The notes beneath the pieces are model-generated. The model had not been told where the DNA came from, searched no databases, and worked only from the letters and a program-made list of their open reading frames with translations. Shown here piece by piece: positions 37,601-52,600 of a stretch of DNA of 64,000 bases (positions are counted from its first letter, which is position 1; every line of letters starts with the position of its first letter). Origin of the DNA: Haplodiscus bocki (lineage: Eukaryota). The stretch covers positions 68,572,001-68,636,000 of the forward strand of contig OZ296649.1 in NCBI GenBank assembly GCA_965655095.1. Direction: 5' to 3'. The translations under genes were made by a program, and so were the position numbers.

Positions 37601-40600
37601 AATTGTTGTTTTCGATTATATGAACTTTGCACGAGCACTCCTCCCCTGTCACAAATGAGGGATTGGCGGAAATCCGCTGGCATTACGTCCGATGTGAAAT
37701 TAGCCGATCAATGTTTTTCTTGTGGGCATGGGACTGTCACTCGTGCGATGAGTGAATGTAGAGCAGCGGCAACACAAAATAAGAAGCATAATTTCTCCCC
37801 TCCGTTCGCTCAATCCAAAATTGGGCAATTCAAAGGCTTGAGAATAGACAGCGTATCTTTATATGAAGCCCAGTAGTTTTGGTACAGTAGAATGGATTGA
37901 TATCCAATCGTTTCGATGTTCCAACCACGCATCCTGATGTACCTGTGGCGAAAACGTTTAACTGTCATCAGCACATCCATGTGTTGGATATACTCGGCAT
38001 CAGTCCGCTGGTATGAAAGTGGAGATACCAATGAATTGATAAACCTAGTGGATGAAACCTCCACAACGACCGCATTTTTTTTCATTTCCGCCCTGTCACC
38101 CATTTAACATTGTGTTTCATTCGTTTTAGATGATTTTAATCACACTTTGTGCTGAAAATATTGTCACCTTCACCAGACCGGGAAATTGTACAGGTTCATT
38201 TCAACAATAACGTAACTGGAATAAATCTTGATCCAGAATTGTTCAATTTTTCAGTTTTCCCGTAGTATGCCGGAAACGCTCCAAGTTTCTCTTCTTTTCA
38301 TCTTCGAGCTTTCATGGACCAGGATTTTTTCTACAGGCTTCTGTTTTTCCGATGCATTGATCTCAATCAAACATGAGAGACGGTTTCTTTGAAGCTTACC
38401 GGCTAGTACTCTGAGTTGCTTATAGTCTGATTAACTGCTTTTCTTCTTAGCACGAAAACATCCAATCACGCAACATATCTAAAAACTTGCAATACAGTTC
38501 GTCCCTAGTTATGAATACAATTCTATTAAATACATCACGCTGTAGCAGGATTGAATTAGAATATCTTGAAGTGTGTAATATAAAAGAGAAATGCTTGGAG
38601 TAATTCTAAGAGTTGTTCAAGTTTCAATGAGTTGAAACCATTCGATTAACTTCTAGAATCAACCAAGGTTGCTCCAAAGCTAACTGCATACTGCTTCTTT
38701 TCCTGTACTTTGACGATTCGTATGCGGACATTTGCTGGAAGGTAGAATGATTGTCTCGAGGTCAACAAAAAACGAATGGACTTCTACGCGCTTTTGCGAA
38801 CTCATGAACTCAGTCTTCGTTACTCAGGAAGCATGAAATCATAGACGGTGCAGTGTTTTTGGAGAACAATATAGAATGATTTTCTTTGCTTTATCGGTTG
38901 AAGAAAGTTTCGGAAAAAGGGCCGTTTGGATCCCTTGTGTTTTGATGTGGACCGATGAAAGAATGACTCAGATTCCATGAGGCGAAAGTAGTTTATATGT
39001 ATCTTCTTCGGCTTCAATTCTATACACGGATATCAAATTGTTGTTTTCGAACATATGAACTTTGCACGAGCACTCCTCCCCTGCCACAAATGAGGGATTG
39101 GCGGAAATCTGCTGGCATTACGTCCGATGTGAAATTAGCCGATCAATGTTTTTCTTGTGGGCATGGGACTGTCACTCGTGCGATGAGTGAAAGTAGAGCA
39201 GCGGCAACACAAAATAAGAAGCATAATTTCTCCCCTCCGTTCGCTCAATCCAAAGTTGGGAAATTCAAAGGCTTGAGAATAGACAGCGTATCTTTATATG
39301 AAGCCCAGTAGTTTTGGTACAGTAGAATGGATTGATATCCAATCGTTTCGATGTTCCAACCACGCATCCTGATGTACCTGTGGCGAAAACGTTTAACTGT
39401 CATCAGCACATCCATGTGTTGGATATACTCGGCATCAGTCCGCTGGTATGAAAGTGGAGATACCAATGAATTGATAAACCTAGTGGATGAAACCTCCACA
39501 ACGACCGCATTTTTTTTTCATTTCCGCCCTGTCACCCATTTAACATTGTGTTTCATTCGTTTTAGATGATTTTAATCACACTTTGTGCTGAAAATATTGT
39601 CACCTTCACCAGACCGGGAAATTGTACAGGTTCATTTCAACAATAACGTAACTGGAATAAATCTTGATCCAGAATTGTTCAATTTTTCAGTTTTCCCGTA
39701 GTATGCCGGAAACGCTCCAAGTTTCTCTTCTTTTCATCTTCGAGCTTTCATGGACCAGGATTTTTTCTACAGGCTTCTGTTTTCCCGATGCATTGATCTC
39801 AATCAAACATGAGAGACTGTTTCTTTGAAGCTTACCGGCTAGTACTCTGAGTTGCTTATAGTCTGATTAACTGCTTTTCTTCTTAGCACGAAAACATCCA
39901 GTCACGCAACATATCTAAAAACTTGCAATACAGTTCGTCCCTAGTTATGAATACAATTCTATTAAATACATCACGCTGTAGCAGGGTTGAATTAGGATAT
40001 CTTGAAGTGTGTAATATAAAAGAGAAATGCTTGGAGTAATTCTAAGAGTTGTTCAAGTTTCAATGAATTGAAACCATTCGATTAACTTCTAGAATCAACC
40101 AAGGTTGCTCCAAAGCTAACTGCATACTGCTTCTTTTCCTGTACTTTGACGATTCGTATGCGGACATTTGCTGGAAGGTAGAATGATTGTCTCGAGGTCA
40201 ACAAAAAACGAATGGACTTCTACGCGCTTTTGCGAACTCATGAACTCAGTCTTCGTTACTCAGGAAGCATGAAATCATAGACGGTGCAGTATTTTTGGAG
40301 AACAATATAGAATGATTTTCTTTGCTTTATCGGTTGAAGAAAGTTTCGGAAAAAGGGCCGTTTGGATCCCATGTGTTTTGATGTGGACCGATGAAAGAAT
40401 GACTCAGATTCCATGAGGCGAAAGTAGTTTATATGTATCTTCTTCGGCTTCAATTCTATACACGGATATCAAATTGTTGTTTTCGAACATATGAACTTTG
40501 CACGAGCACTCCTCCCCTGCCACAAATGAGGGATTGGCGGAAATCTGCTGGCATTACGTCCGATGTGAAATTAGCCGATCAATGTTTTTCTTGTGGGCAT

Positions 40601-43600
40601 GGGACTGTCACTCGTGCGATGAGTGAAAGTAGAGCAGCGGCAACACAAAATAAGAAGCATAATTTCTCCCCTCCCTTCGCTCAATCCAAAGTTGGGCAAT
40701 TCAAAGGCTTGAGAATAGACAGCGTATCTTTATATGAAGCCCAGTAGTTTTGGTACAGTAGAATGGATTGATATCCAATCGTTTCGATGTTCCAACCACG
40801 CATCCTGATGTACCTGTGGCGAAAACGTTTAACTGTCATCAGCACATCCATGTGTTGGATATACTCGGCATCAGTCCGCTGGTATGAAAGTGGAGATACC
40901 AATGAATTGATAAACCTAGTGGATGAAACCTCCACAACGACCGCATTTTTTTTTCATTTCCGCCCTGTCAGCCATTTAACATTGTGTTTCATTCGTTTTA
41001 GATGATTTTAATCACACTTTGTGCTGAAAATATTGTCACCTTCACCAGACCGGGAAATTGTACAGGTTCATTTCAACAATAACGTAACTGGAATAAATCT
41101 TGATCCAGAATTTATCAATTTTTCAGTTTTCCCGTAGTATGCCGGAAACGCTCCAAGTTTCTCTTCTTTTCATCTTCGAGCTTTCATGGACCAGGATTTT
41201 TTCTACAGGCTTCTGTTTTCCCGATGCATTGATCTCAATCAAACATGAGAGACGGTTTCTTTGAAGCTTACCGGCTAGTACTCTGAGTTGCTTATAGTCT
41301 GATTAACTGCTTTTCTTCTTAGCACGAAAACATCCAGTCACGCAACATATCTAAAAACTTGCAATACAGTTCGTCCCTAGTTATGAATACAATTCTATTA
41401 AATACATCACGGTGTAGCAGGGTTGAATTAGGATATCTTGAAGTGTGTAATATAAAAGAGAAATGCTTGGAGTAATTCTAAGAGTTGTTCAAGTTTCAAT
41501 GAGTTGAAACCATTCGATTAACTTCTAGAATCAACCAAGGTTGCTCCAAAGCTAACTGCATACTGCTTCTTTTCCTGTACTTTGACGATTCGTATGCGGA
41601 CATTTGCTGGAAGGTAGAATGATTGTCTCGAGGTCAACAAAAAACGAATGGACTTCTACGCGCTTTTGCGAACTCATGAACTCAGTCTTCGTTACTCAGG
41701 AAGCATGATATCATAGACGGTGCAGTATTTTTGGAGAACAATATAGAATGATTTTCTTTGCTTTATCGGTTGAAGAAAGTTTCGGAAAAAGGGCCGTTTG
41801 GATCCCTTGTGTTTTGATGTGGACCGATGAAAGAATGACTCAGATTCCATGAGGCGAAAGTAGTTTATATGTATCTTCTTCGGCTTCAATTCTATACACG
41901 GATATCAAATTGTTGTTTTCGAACATATGAACTTTGCACGAGCACTCCTCCCCTGCCACAAATGAGGGATTGGCGGAAATCTGCTGGCATTACGTCCGAT
42001 GTGAAATTAGCCGATCAATGTTTTTCTTGTGGGCATGGGACTGTCACTCGTGCGATGAGTGAAAGTAGAGCAGCGGCAACACAAAATAAGAAGCATAATT
42101 TCTCCCCTCCGTTCGCTCAATCCAAAGTTGGGCAATTCAAAGGCTTGAGAATAGACAGCGTATCTTTATATGAAGCCCAGTAGTTTTGGTACAGTAGAAT
42201 GGATTGATATCCAATCGTTTCGATGTTCCAACCACGCATCCTGATGTACCTGTGGCGAAAACGTTTAACTGTCATCAGCACATCCATGTGTTGGATATAC
42301 TCGGCATCAGTCCGCTGGTATGAAAGTGGAGATACCAATGAATTGATAAACCTAGTGGATGAAACCTCCACAACGACCGCATTTTTTTTCATTTCCGCCC
42401 TGTCACCCATTTAACATTGTGTTTCATTCGTTTTAGATGATTTTAATCACACTTTGTGCTGAAAATATTGTCACATTCACCAGACCGGGAAATTGTACAG
42501 GTTCATTTCAACAATAACGTAACTGGAATAAATCTTGATCCAGAATTTATCAATTTTTCAGTTTTCCCGTAGTATGCCGGAAACGCTCCAAGTTTCTCTT
42601 CTTTTCATCTTCGAGCTTTCATGGACCAGGATTTTTTCTACTGGCTTCTGTTTTCCCGATGCATTGATCTCCATCATACATGAGAGACGGTTTCTTTGAA
42701 GCTTACCGGCTAGTAGTCTGAGTTGCTTATAGTCTGATTAACTGCTTTTCTTCTTAGCACGAAAACATCCAATCACGCAACATATCTAAACTTGCAATAC
42801 AGTTCGTCCCTAGTTATGAATACAATTCTATTAAATACAACACGCTGTAGCAGGATTGAATTAGAATATCTTGAAGGGTGTAATATAAAAGAGAAATGCT
42901 TGGAGTAATTCTAAGAGTTGTTCAAGTTTCAATGAGTTGAAACCATTCGATTAACTTCGAGAATGAACCAAGATTGCTCCAAAGCTAACTGCATACTGCT
43001 TCTTTCCCTGTACTTTGACGATTCGTATGCGGACATTTGCTAGAAGGTAGAATGATTGTCTCGAGGTCAACAAAAAACGAATGGACTTCTACGCGCTTTT
43101 GCGAACTCATGAACTCAATCTTCGTTACTCAGGAAGCATGAAATCATAGACGGTGCAGTATTTTTGGAGAACAATATAGAATGAATTTCTTTGCTTTATC
43201 GGTTGAAGAAAGTTTCGGAAAAAGGGCCGTTTGGATCCCTTGTGTTTTGATGTAGACCGATGAAAGAATGAATCAGATTCCATGAGGCGAAAGTAGTTTA
43301 TATGTATCTTCTTCGGTTTTCAATTCTATACACGGATATCAAATTGTTGTTTTCGAACATATGAACTTTGCACGAGCACTCCTCCCCCGCCACAAATGCG
43401 GGATTGGCGGAAATCTGCTGGCATTACGTCCGATGTGAAATTAGCCGATCAATGTTTTTCTTCTGGGCATGGGACTGTCACTCGTGCGATGATTGAAAGT
43501 AGAGCAGCGGCAATACAAAATAAGAAGCATAATTTCTCCCCTCCGTTCGCTCAATCCAAAATTGGGCAATTCAAAGGCTTGAGAATAGACAGCGTATCTT

Positions 43601-46600
43601 TATATGAAGCCCAGTAGTTTTGGTACAGTAGAATGGATTGATATCCAATCGTTTCGATGTTCCAACCACGCATCCTGATGTACCTGTGGCGAAAACGTTT
43701 AACTGTCATCAGCACATCCATGTGTTGGATATACTCGGCATCAGTCCGCTGGTATGAAAGTGGAGATACCAATGAATTGATAAACCTAGTGGATGAAACC
43801 TCCACAACGACCGCATTTTTTTTTCATTTCCGCCCTGTCACCCATTTAACATTGTGTTTCATTCGTTTTAGATGATTTTAATCACACTTTGTGTTGAAAA
43901 TATTGTCACACTCACCAGACCGGGAAATTGTACAGGTTCATTTCAACAATAACGTAACTGGAATAAATCTTGATCCAGAATTTATCAATTTTTCAGTTTT
44001 CCCGTAGTATGCCGGAAACGCTCCAAGTTTCTCTTCTTTTCATCTTCGAGCTTTCATGGACCAGGATTTTTTCTACAGGCTTCTGTTTTCCCGATGCATT
44101 GATCTCCATCATACATGAGAGACGGTTTCTTTGAAGCTTACCGGCTAGTAGTCTGAGTTGCTTATAGTCTGATTAACTGCTTTTCTTCTTAGCACGAAAA
44201 CATCCAATCACGCAACATATCTAAACTTGCAATACAGTTCGTCCCTAGTTATGAATACAATTCTATTAAATACAACACGCTGTAGCAGGATTGAATTAGA
44301 ATATCTTGAAGGGTGTAATATAAAAGAGAAATGCTTGGAGTAATTCTAAGAGTTGTTCAAGTTTCAATGAGTTGAAACCATTCGATTAACTTCTAGAATG
44401 AACCAAGATTGCTCCAAAGCTAACTGCATACTGCTTCTTTCCCTGTACTTTGACGATTCGTATGCGGACATTTGCTAGAAGGTAGAATGATTGTCTCGAG
44501 GTCAACAAAAAACGAATGGACTTCTACGCGCTTTTGCGAACTCATGAACTCAATCTTCGTTACTCAGGAAGCATGAAATCATAGACGGTGCAGTATTTTT
44601 GGAGAACAATATAGAATGAATTTCTTTGCTTTATCGGTTGAAGAAAGTTTCGGAAAAAGGGCCGTTTGGATCCCTTGTGTTTTGATGTAGACCGATGAAA
44701 GAATGAATCAGATTCCATGAGGCGAAAGTAGTTTATATGTATCTTCTTCGGTTTTCAATTCTATACACGGATATCAAATTGTTGTTTTCGAACATATGAA
44801 CTTTGCACGAGCACTCCTCCCCCGCCACAAATGCGGGATTGGCGGAAATCTGCTGGCATTACGTCCGATGTGAAATTAGCCGATCAATGTTTTTCTTCTG
44901 GGCATGGGACTGTCACTCGTGCGATGATTGAAAGTAGAGCAGCGGCAATACAAAATAAGAAGCATAATTTCTCCCCTCCGTTCGCTCAATCCAAAATTGG
45001 GCAATTCAAAGGCTTGAGAATAGACAGCGTATCTTTATATGAAGCCCAGTAGTTTTGGTACAGTAGAATGGATTGATATCCAATCGTTTCGATGTTCCAA
45101 CCACGCATCCTGATGTACCTGTGGCGAAAACGTTTAACTGTCATCAGCACATCCATGTGTTGGATATACTCGGCATCAGTCCGCTGGTATGAAAGTGGAG
45201 ATACCAATGAATTGATAAACCTAGTGGATGAAACCTCCACAACGACCGCATTTTTTTTTCATTTCCGCCCTGTCACCCATTTAACATTGTGTTTCATTCG
45301 TTTTAGATGATTTTAATCACACTTTGTGTTGAAAATATTGTCACACTCACCAGACCGGGAAATTGTACAGGTTCATTTCAACAATAACGTAACTGGAATA
45401 AATCTTGATCCAGAATTTATCAATTTTTCAGTTTTCCCGTAGTATGCCGGAAACGCTCCAAGTTTCTCTTCTTTTCATCTTCGAGCTTTCATGGACCAGG
45501 ATTTTTTCTACAGGCTTCTGTTTTCCCGATGCATTGATCTCCATCATACATGAGAGACGGTTTCTTTGAAGCTTACCGGCTAGTAGTCTGAGTTGCTTAT
45601 AGTCTGATTAACTGCTTTTCTTCTTAGCACGAAAACATCCAATCACGCAACATATCGAAAAACTTGCAATACAGTTCGTCCCTAGTTATGAATACAATTC
45701 TATTAAATACAACACGCTGTAGCAGGATTGAATTAGAATATCTTGAAGGGTGTAATATAAAAGAGAAATGCTTGGAGTAATTCTAAGAGTTGTTCAAGTT
45801 TCAATGAGTTGAAACCATTCGATTAACTTCTAGAATGAACCAAGATTGCTCCAAAGCTAACTGCATACTGCTTCTTTCCCTGTACTTTGACGATTCGTAT
45901 GCGGACATTTGCTAGAAGGTAGAATGGTTGTCTCGAGGTCAACAAAAAACGAATGGACTTCTACGCGCTTTTGCGAACTCATGAACTCAATCTTCGTTAC
46001 TCAGGAAGCATGAAATCATAGACGATGCAGTATTTTTGGAGAACAATATGGAATGAATTTCTTTGCTTTATCGGTTGAAGAAAGTTTTGGAAAAAGGGCC
46101 GTTTGGATCCCTTGTGTTTTGATGTAGACCGATGAAAGAATGAATCAGATTCCATGAGGCGAAAGTAGTTTATATGTATCTTCTTCGGTTTTCAATTCTA
46201 TACACGGATATCAAATTGTTGTTTTCGAACATATGAACTTTGCACGAGCACTCCTCCCCCGCCACAAATGAGGGATTGGCGGAAATCTGCTGGCATTACG
46301 ACCGATGTGAAATTAGCCGATCAATGTTTTTCTTGTGGGCATGGGACTGTCACTCGTGCGATGAGTGAAAGTAGAGCAGCGGCAACACAAAATAAGAAGC
46401 ATAATTTCTCCCCTCCGTTCGCTCAATCCAAAGTTGGGCAATTCAAAGGCTTGAGAATAGACAGCGTATCTTTATATGAAGCCCAGTAGTTTTGGTACAG
46501 TAGAATGGATTGATATCCAATCGTTTCGATGTTCCAACCACGCATCCTGATGTACCTGTGGCGAAAACGTTTAACTGTCATCAGCACATCCATGTGTTGG

Positions 46601-49600
46601 ATATACTCGGCATCAGTCCGCTGGTATGAAATTGGAGATACCAATGAATTGATAAACCTAGTGGATGAAACCTCCACAACGACCGCATTTTTTTTCATTT
46701 CCGCCCTGTCACCCATTTAACATTGTGTTTCATTCGTTTTAGATGATTTTAATCACACTTTGTGCTGAAAGTATTGTCACCTTCACCAGACCGGGAAATT
46801 GTACAGGTTCATTTCAACAATAACGTAACTGGAATAAATCTTGATCCAGATTTGTTCAATTTTTCAGTTTTCCCGTAGTATGCCGGAAACGTTCCAAGTT
46901 TCTCTTCTTTTCATCTTCGAGCTTTCATGGACCAGGATTTTTTCTACAGGCTTCTGTTTTCCCGATGCATTGATCTCAATCAAACATGAGAGACGGTTTC
47001 TTTGAAGCTTACCGGCTAGTACTCTGAGTTGCTTATAGTCTGATTAACTGCTTTTCTTCTTAGCACGAAAACATCCAATCACGCAACATATCTAAAAACT
47101 TGCAATACAGTTCGTCCCTAGTTATGAATACAATTCTATTAAATACATCACGCTGTAGCAGGAATGAATTAGAATATCTTGACATGTGTAATATAAAAGA
47201 GAAATGCTTGGAGTAATTCTAAGAGTTGTTCAAGTTTCAACCAGTTGAAACCATTCGATTAACTTCTAGAATCAACCAAGGTTGCTCCAAAGCTAACTGC
47301 ATACTGCTTCTTTTCCTGTACTTTGACGATTCGTATGCGGACATTTGCTGGAAGGTAGAATGATTGTCTCGAGGTCAACAAAAAACGAATGGAATCCTAC
47401 GCGCTTTTGCGAACTCATGAACTCAGTCTTCGTTACTCAGGAAGCATGAAATCATAGACGGTGCAGTATTTTTGGAGAACAATATAGAATGATTTTCTTT
47501 GCTTTATCGGTTGAAGAAAGTTTCGGAAAAAGGGCCGTTTGGATCACTTGTGTTTTGATGCGGACCGATGAAAGAATGACTCAGGTTCCATGAGGCGAAA
47601 GTAGTTTATATGTATCTTCTTCGGCTTCAATTCTATACACGGATATCAAATTGTTGTTTTCGAACATATGAACTTTGCACGAGCACTCCTCCCCTGCCAC
47701 AAATGAGGGATTGGCGGAAATCTGCTGGCATTACGTCCGATGTGAAACTAGCCGATCAATGTTTTTCTTGTGGGCATGGGACTGTCACTCGTGCGATGAG
47801 TGAAAGTAGAGCAGCGGCAACACAAAATAAGAAGCATAATTTCTCCCCTCCGTTCGCTCAATCCAAAGTTGGGCAATTCAAAGGCTTGAGAATAGACAGC
47901 GTATCTTTTTTTGAAGCCCAGTAGTTTTGGTACAGTAGAATGGATTGATATCCAATCGTTTCGATGTTCCAACCACGCATCCTGATGTACCTGTGGCGAA
48001 AACGTTTAACTGTCATCAGCACATCCATGTGTTGGATATACTCGGCATCAGTCCGCTGGTATGAAAGTGGAGATACCAATGAATTGATAAACCTAGTGGA
48101 TGAAACCTCCACAACGACCGCATTTTTTTTTCATTTCCGCCCTGTCACCCATTTAACATTGTGTTTCATTCGTTTTAGATGATTTTAATCACACTTTGTG
48201 CTGAAAATATTGTCACATTCACCAGACCGGGAAATTGTACAGGTTCATTTCAACAATAACGTAACTGGAATAAATCTTGATCCAGAATTTATCAATTTTT
48301 CAGTTTTCCCGTAGTATGCCGGAAACGCTCCAAGTTTCTCTTCTTTTCATCTTTGAGCTTTCATGGACCAGGATTTTTTCTACAGGCTTCTGTTTTCCCG
48401 ATGCATTGATCTCCATCATACATGAGAGACGGTTTCTTTGAAGCTTACCGGCTAGTAGTCTGAGTTGCTTATAGTCTGATTAACTGCTTTTCTTCTTAGC
48501 ACGAAAACATCCAATCACGCAACATATCTAAACTTGCAATACAGTTCGTCCCTAGTTATGAATACAATTCTATTAAATACAACACGCTGTAGCAGGATTG
48601 AATTAGAATATCTTGAAGGGTGTAATATAAAAGAGAAATGCTTGGAGTAATTCTAAGAGTTGTTCAAGTTTCAATGAGTTGAAACCATTCGATTAACTTC
48701 TAGAATGAACCAAGATTGCTCCAAAGCTAACTGCATACTGCTTCTTTCCCTGTACTTTGACGATTCGTATGCGGACATTTGCTAGAAGGTAGAATGGTTG
48801 TCTCGAGGTCAACAAAAAACGAATGGACGTCTACGCGCTTTTGCGAACTCATGAACTCAATCTTCGTTACTCAGGAAGCATGAAATCATAGACGATGCAG
48901 TATTTTTGGAGAACAATATGGAATGAATTTCTTTGCTTTATCGGTTGAAGAAAGTTTAGGAAAAAGGGCCGTTTGGATCCCTTGTGTTTTGATGTAGACC
49001 GATGAAAGAATGAATCAGATTCCATGAGGCGAAAGTAGTTTATATGTATCTTCTTCGGTTTTCAATTCTATACACGGATATCAAATTGTTGTTTTCGAAC
49101 ATATGAACTTTGCACGAGCACTCCTCCCCCGCCACAAATGAGGGATTGGCGGAAATCTGCTGGCATTACGACCGATGTGAAATTAGCCGATCAATGTTTT
49201 TCTTGTGGGCATGGGACTGTCACTCGTGCGATGATTGAAAGTAGAGCAGCGGCAATACAAAATAAGAAGCATAATTTCTCCCCTCCGTTCGCTCAATCCA
49301 AAATTGGGCAATTCGAAGGCTTGAGAATAGACAGCGTATCTTTATATGAAGCCCAGTAGTTTTGGTACAGTAGAATGGATTGATATCCAATCGTTTCGAT
49401 GTTCCAACCACGCATCCTGATGTACCTGTGGCGAAAACGTTTAACTGTCATCAGCACATCCATGTGTTGGATATACTCGGCATCAGTCCGCTGGTATGAA
49501 AGTGGAGATACCAATGAATTGATAAACCTAGTGGATGAAACCTCCACAGCGACCGCATTTTTTTTTCATTTCCGCCCTGTCACCCATTTAACATTGTGTT

Positions 49601-52600
49601 TCATTCGTTTTAGATGATTTTAATCACACTTTGTGTTGAAAATATTGTCACACTCACCAGACCGGGAAATTGTACAGGTTCATTTCAACAATAACGTAAC
49701 TGGAATAAATCTTGATCCAGAATTTATCACTTTTTCAGTTTTCCCGTAGTATGCCGGAAACGCTCCAAGTTTCTCTTCTTTTCATCTTCGAGCTTTCATG
49801 GACCAGGATTTTTTCTACAGGCTTCTGTTTTCCCGATGCATTGATCTCCATCATACATGAGAGACGGTTTCTTTGAAGCTTACCGGCTAGTAGTCTGAGT
49901 TGCTCATAGTCTGATTAACTGCTTTTCTTCTCAGCACGAAAACATCCAATCACGCAACATGTCTAAAAACTTGCAATACAGTTCGTCCCTAGTTATGAAT
50001 ACAATTCTATTAAATACAACACGCTGTAGCAGGATTGAATTAGAATATCTTGAAGGGTGTAATATAAAAGAGAAATGCTTGGAGTAATTCTAAGAGTTGT
50101 TCAAGTTTCAATGAGTTGAAACCATTCGATTAACTTCTAGAATGAACCAAGATTGCTCCAAAGCTAACTGCATACTGCTTCTTTTCCTGTACTTTGACGA
50201 TTCGTATGCGGACATTTGCTAGAAGGTAGAATGATTGTCTCGAGGTCAACAAAAAACGAATGGACTTCTACGCGCTTTTGCGAACTCATGAACTCAGTCT
50301 TCGTTACTCAGGAAGCATGAAATCATAGACGGTGCAGTATTTTTGGAGAACAATATAGAATGAATTTCTTTGCTTTATCGGTTGAAGAAAGTTTCGGAAA
50401 AAGGGCCGTTTGGATCCCTTGTGTTTTGATGTAGACCGATGAAAGAATGAATCAGATTCCATGAGGCGAAAGTAGTTTATATGTATCTTCTTCGGTTTTC
50501 AATTCTATACACGGATATCAAATTGTTGTTTTCGAACATATGAACTTTGCACGAGCACTCCTCCCCCGCCACAAATGAGGGATTGGCGGAAATCTGCTGG
50601 CATTACGACCGATGTGAAATTAGCCGATCAATGTTTTTCTTGTGGGCATGGGACTGTCACTCGTGCGATGATTGAAAGTAGAGCAGCGGCAATACAAAAT
50701 AAGAAGCATAATTTCTCCCCTCCGTTCGCTCAATCCAAAATTGGGCAATTCGAAGGCTTGAGAATAGACAGCGTATCTTTATATGAAGCCCAGTAGTTTT
50801 GGTACAGTAGAATGGATTGATATCCAATCGTTTCGATGTTCCAACCACGCATCCTGATGTACCTGTGGCGAAAACGTTTAACTGTCATCAGCACATCCAT
50901 GTGTTGGATATACTCGGCATCAGTCCGCTGGTATGAAAGTGGAGATACCAATGAATTGATAAACCTAGTGGATGAAACCTCCACAGCGACCGCATTTTTT
51001 TTTCATTTCCGCCCTGTCAACCATTTAACATTGTGTTTCATTCGTTTTAGATGATTTTAATCACACTTTGTGTTGAAAATATTGTCACACTCACCAGACC
51101 GGGAAATTGTACAGGTTCATTTCAAAAATAACGTAACTGGAATAAATCTTGATCCAGAATTGTTCAATTTTCCAGTTTTCCCGTAGTATGCTGGAAACGC
51201 TCCAAGTTTCTCTTCTTTTCATCTTCGAGCCTTCATGGACCAGGATTTTTTCTACAGGCTTCTGTTTTCCCGATGCATTGATCTCAATCATACATGAGAG
51301 ACGGTTTCTTTGAAGCTTACCGGCTATTACTCTGAGTTGCTTATAGTCTGATTAACTGCTTTTCTTCTTAGCACGAAAACATCCAATCACGCAACATATC
51401 TAAAAACTTGCAATACAGTTCGTCCCTAGTTATGAATACAATTCTATTAAATACAACACGCTGTAACAGGATTGAATTAGAACATCTTGAAGGGTGTAAT
51501 ATAAAAGAGAGAAATGCTTGGAGTAATTCTAAGAGTTGTTCAAGTTTCAACCAGTTGAAACCATTCGATTAACTTCTAGAATCAACCAAGATTGCTCCAA
51601 AGCTAACTGCATACTGCTTCTTTTCCTGTACTTTGACGATTCGTATGCGGACATTTGCTGGAAGGTAGAATGATTGTCTCGAGGTCAACAAAAAACGAAT
51701 GGACGTCTACGCGCTTTTGCGAACTCATGAACTCAGTCTTCGTTACTCAGGAACTATGAAATCATAGACGGTGCAGTATTTTTGGAGAACAATAGAGAAT
51801 GATTTTGTTTGCTTTATCGGTTGAAGAAAGTTTCGGAAAAAGGGCCGTTTGGATCCCTTGTGTTTTGATGTGGACCGATGAAGGAATGAATCAGATTCCA
51901 TGAGGCGAAAGTAGTTTATATGTATCTTGTTCGGTTTCAATTCTATACACGGATATCAAATTGTTGTTTTCGAACATTTGAACTTTGCACGAGCACTCCT
52001 CCCCTGTCACAAATGAGGGATTGGATGAATTCCGCTGGCATTACGTCCGATGTGAAATTAGCCGATCAATGTTTTTCTTGTGAGCATGGGACTGTCACTC
52101 GTGCGATGAGTGAAAGTAGAGCAGCGGCAACACAAAATAAGAAGCATAATTTCTCCCCTCCGTTCGCTAAATCCAAAATTGGGCAATTCAAAGGCTTGAG
52201 AATAGACAGCGTATCTTTATATGAAGCCCAGTAGTTTTGGTACAGTAGAATGGATTGATATCCAATCGTTTCGATGTTCCAACCACGCATCCTGATGTAC
52301 CTGTGGCGAAAACGTTTAACTGTCATCAGCACATCCATGTGTTGGATATACTCGGCATCAGTCCGCTGGTATGAAAGTGGAGATACCAATGAATTGATAA
52401 ACCTAGTGGATGAAACCTCCACAACGGCCGCATTTTTTTTCATTTCCGCCCTGTCACCCATTTAACATTGTGTTTCATTCGTTTTAGATGATTTTAATCA
52501 CACTTTGTGCTGAAATTATTGTCACATTCACCAGACCGGGAAAGTGTACAGTTTCTTTTCAACAATAACGTAACTGGAATAAATCTTGATCCAGAATTGT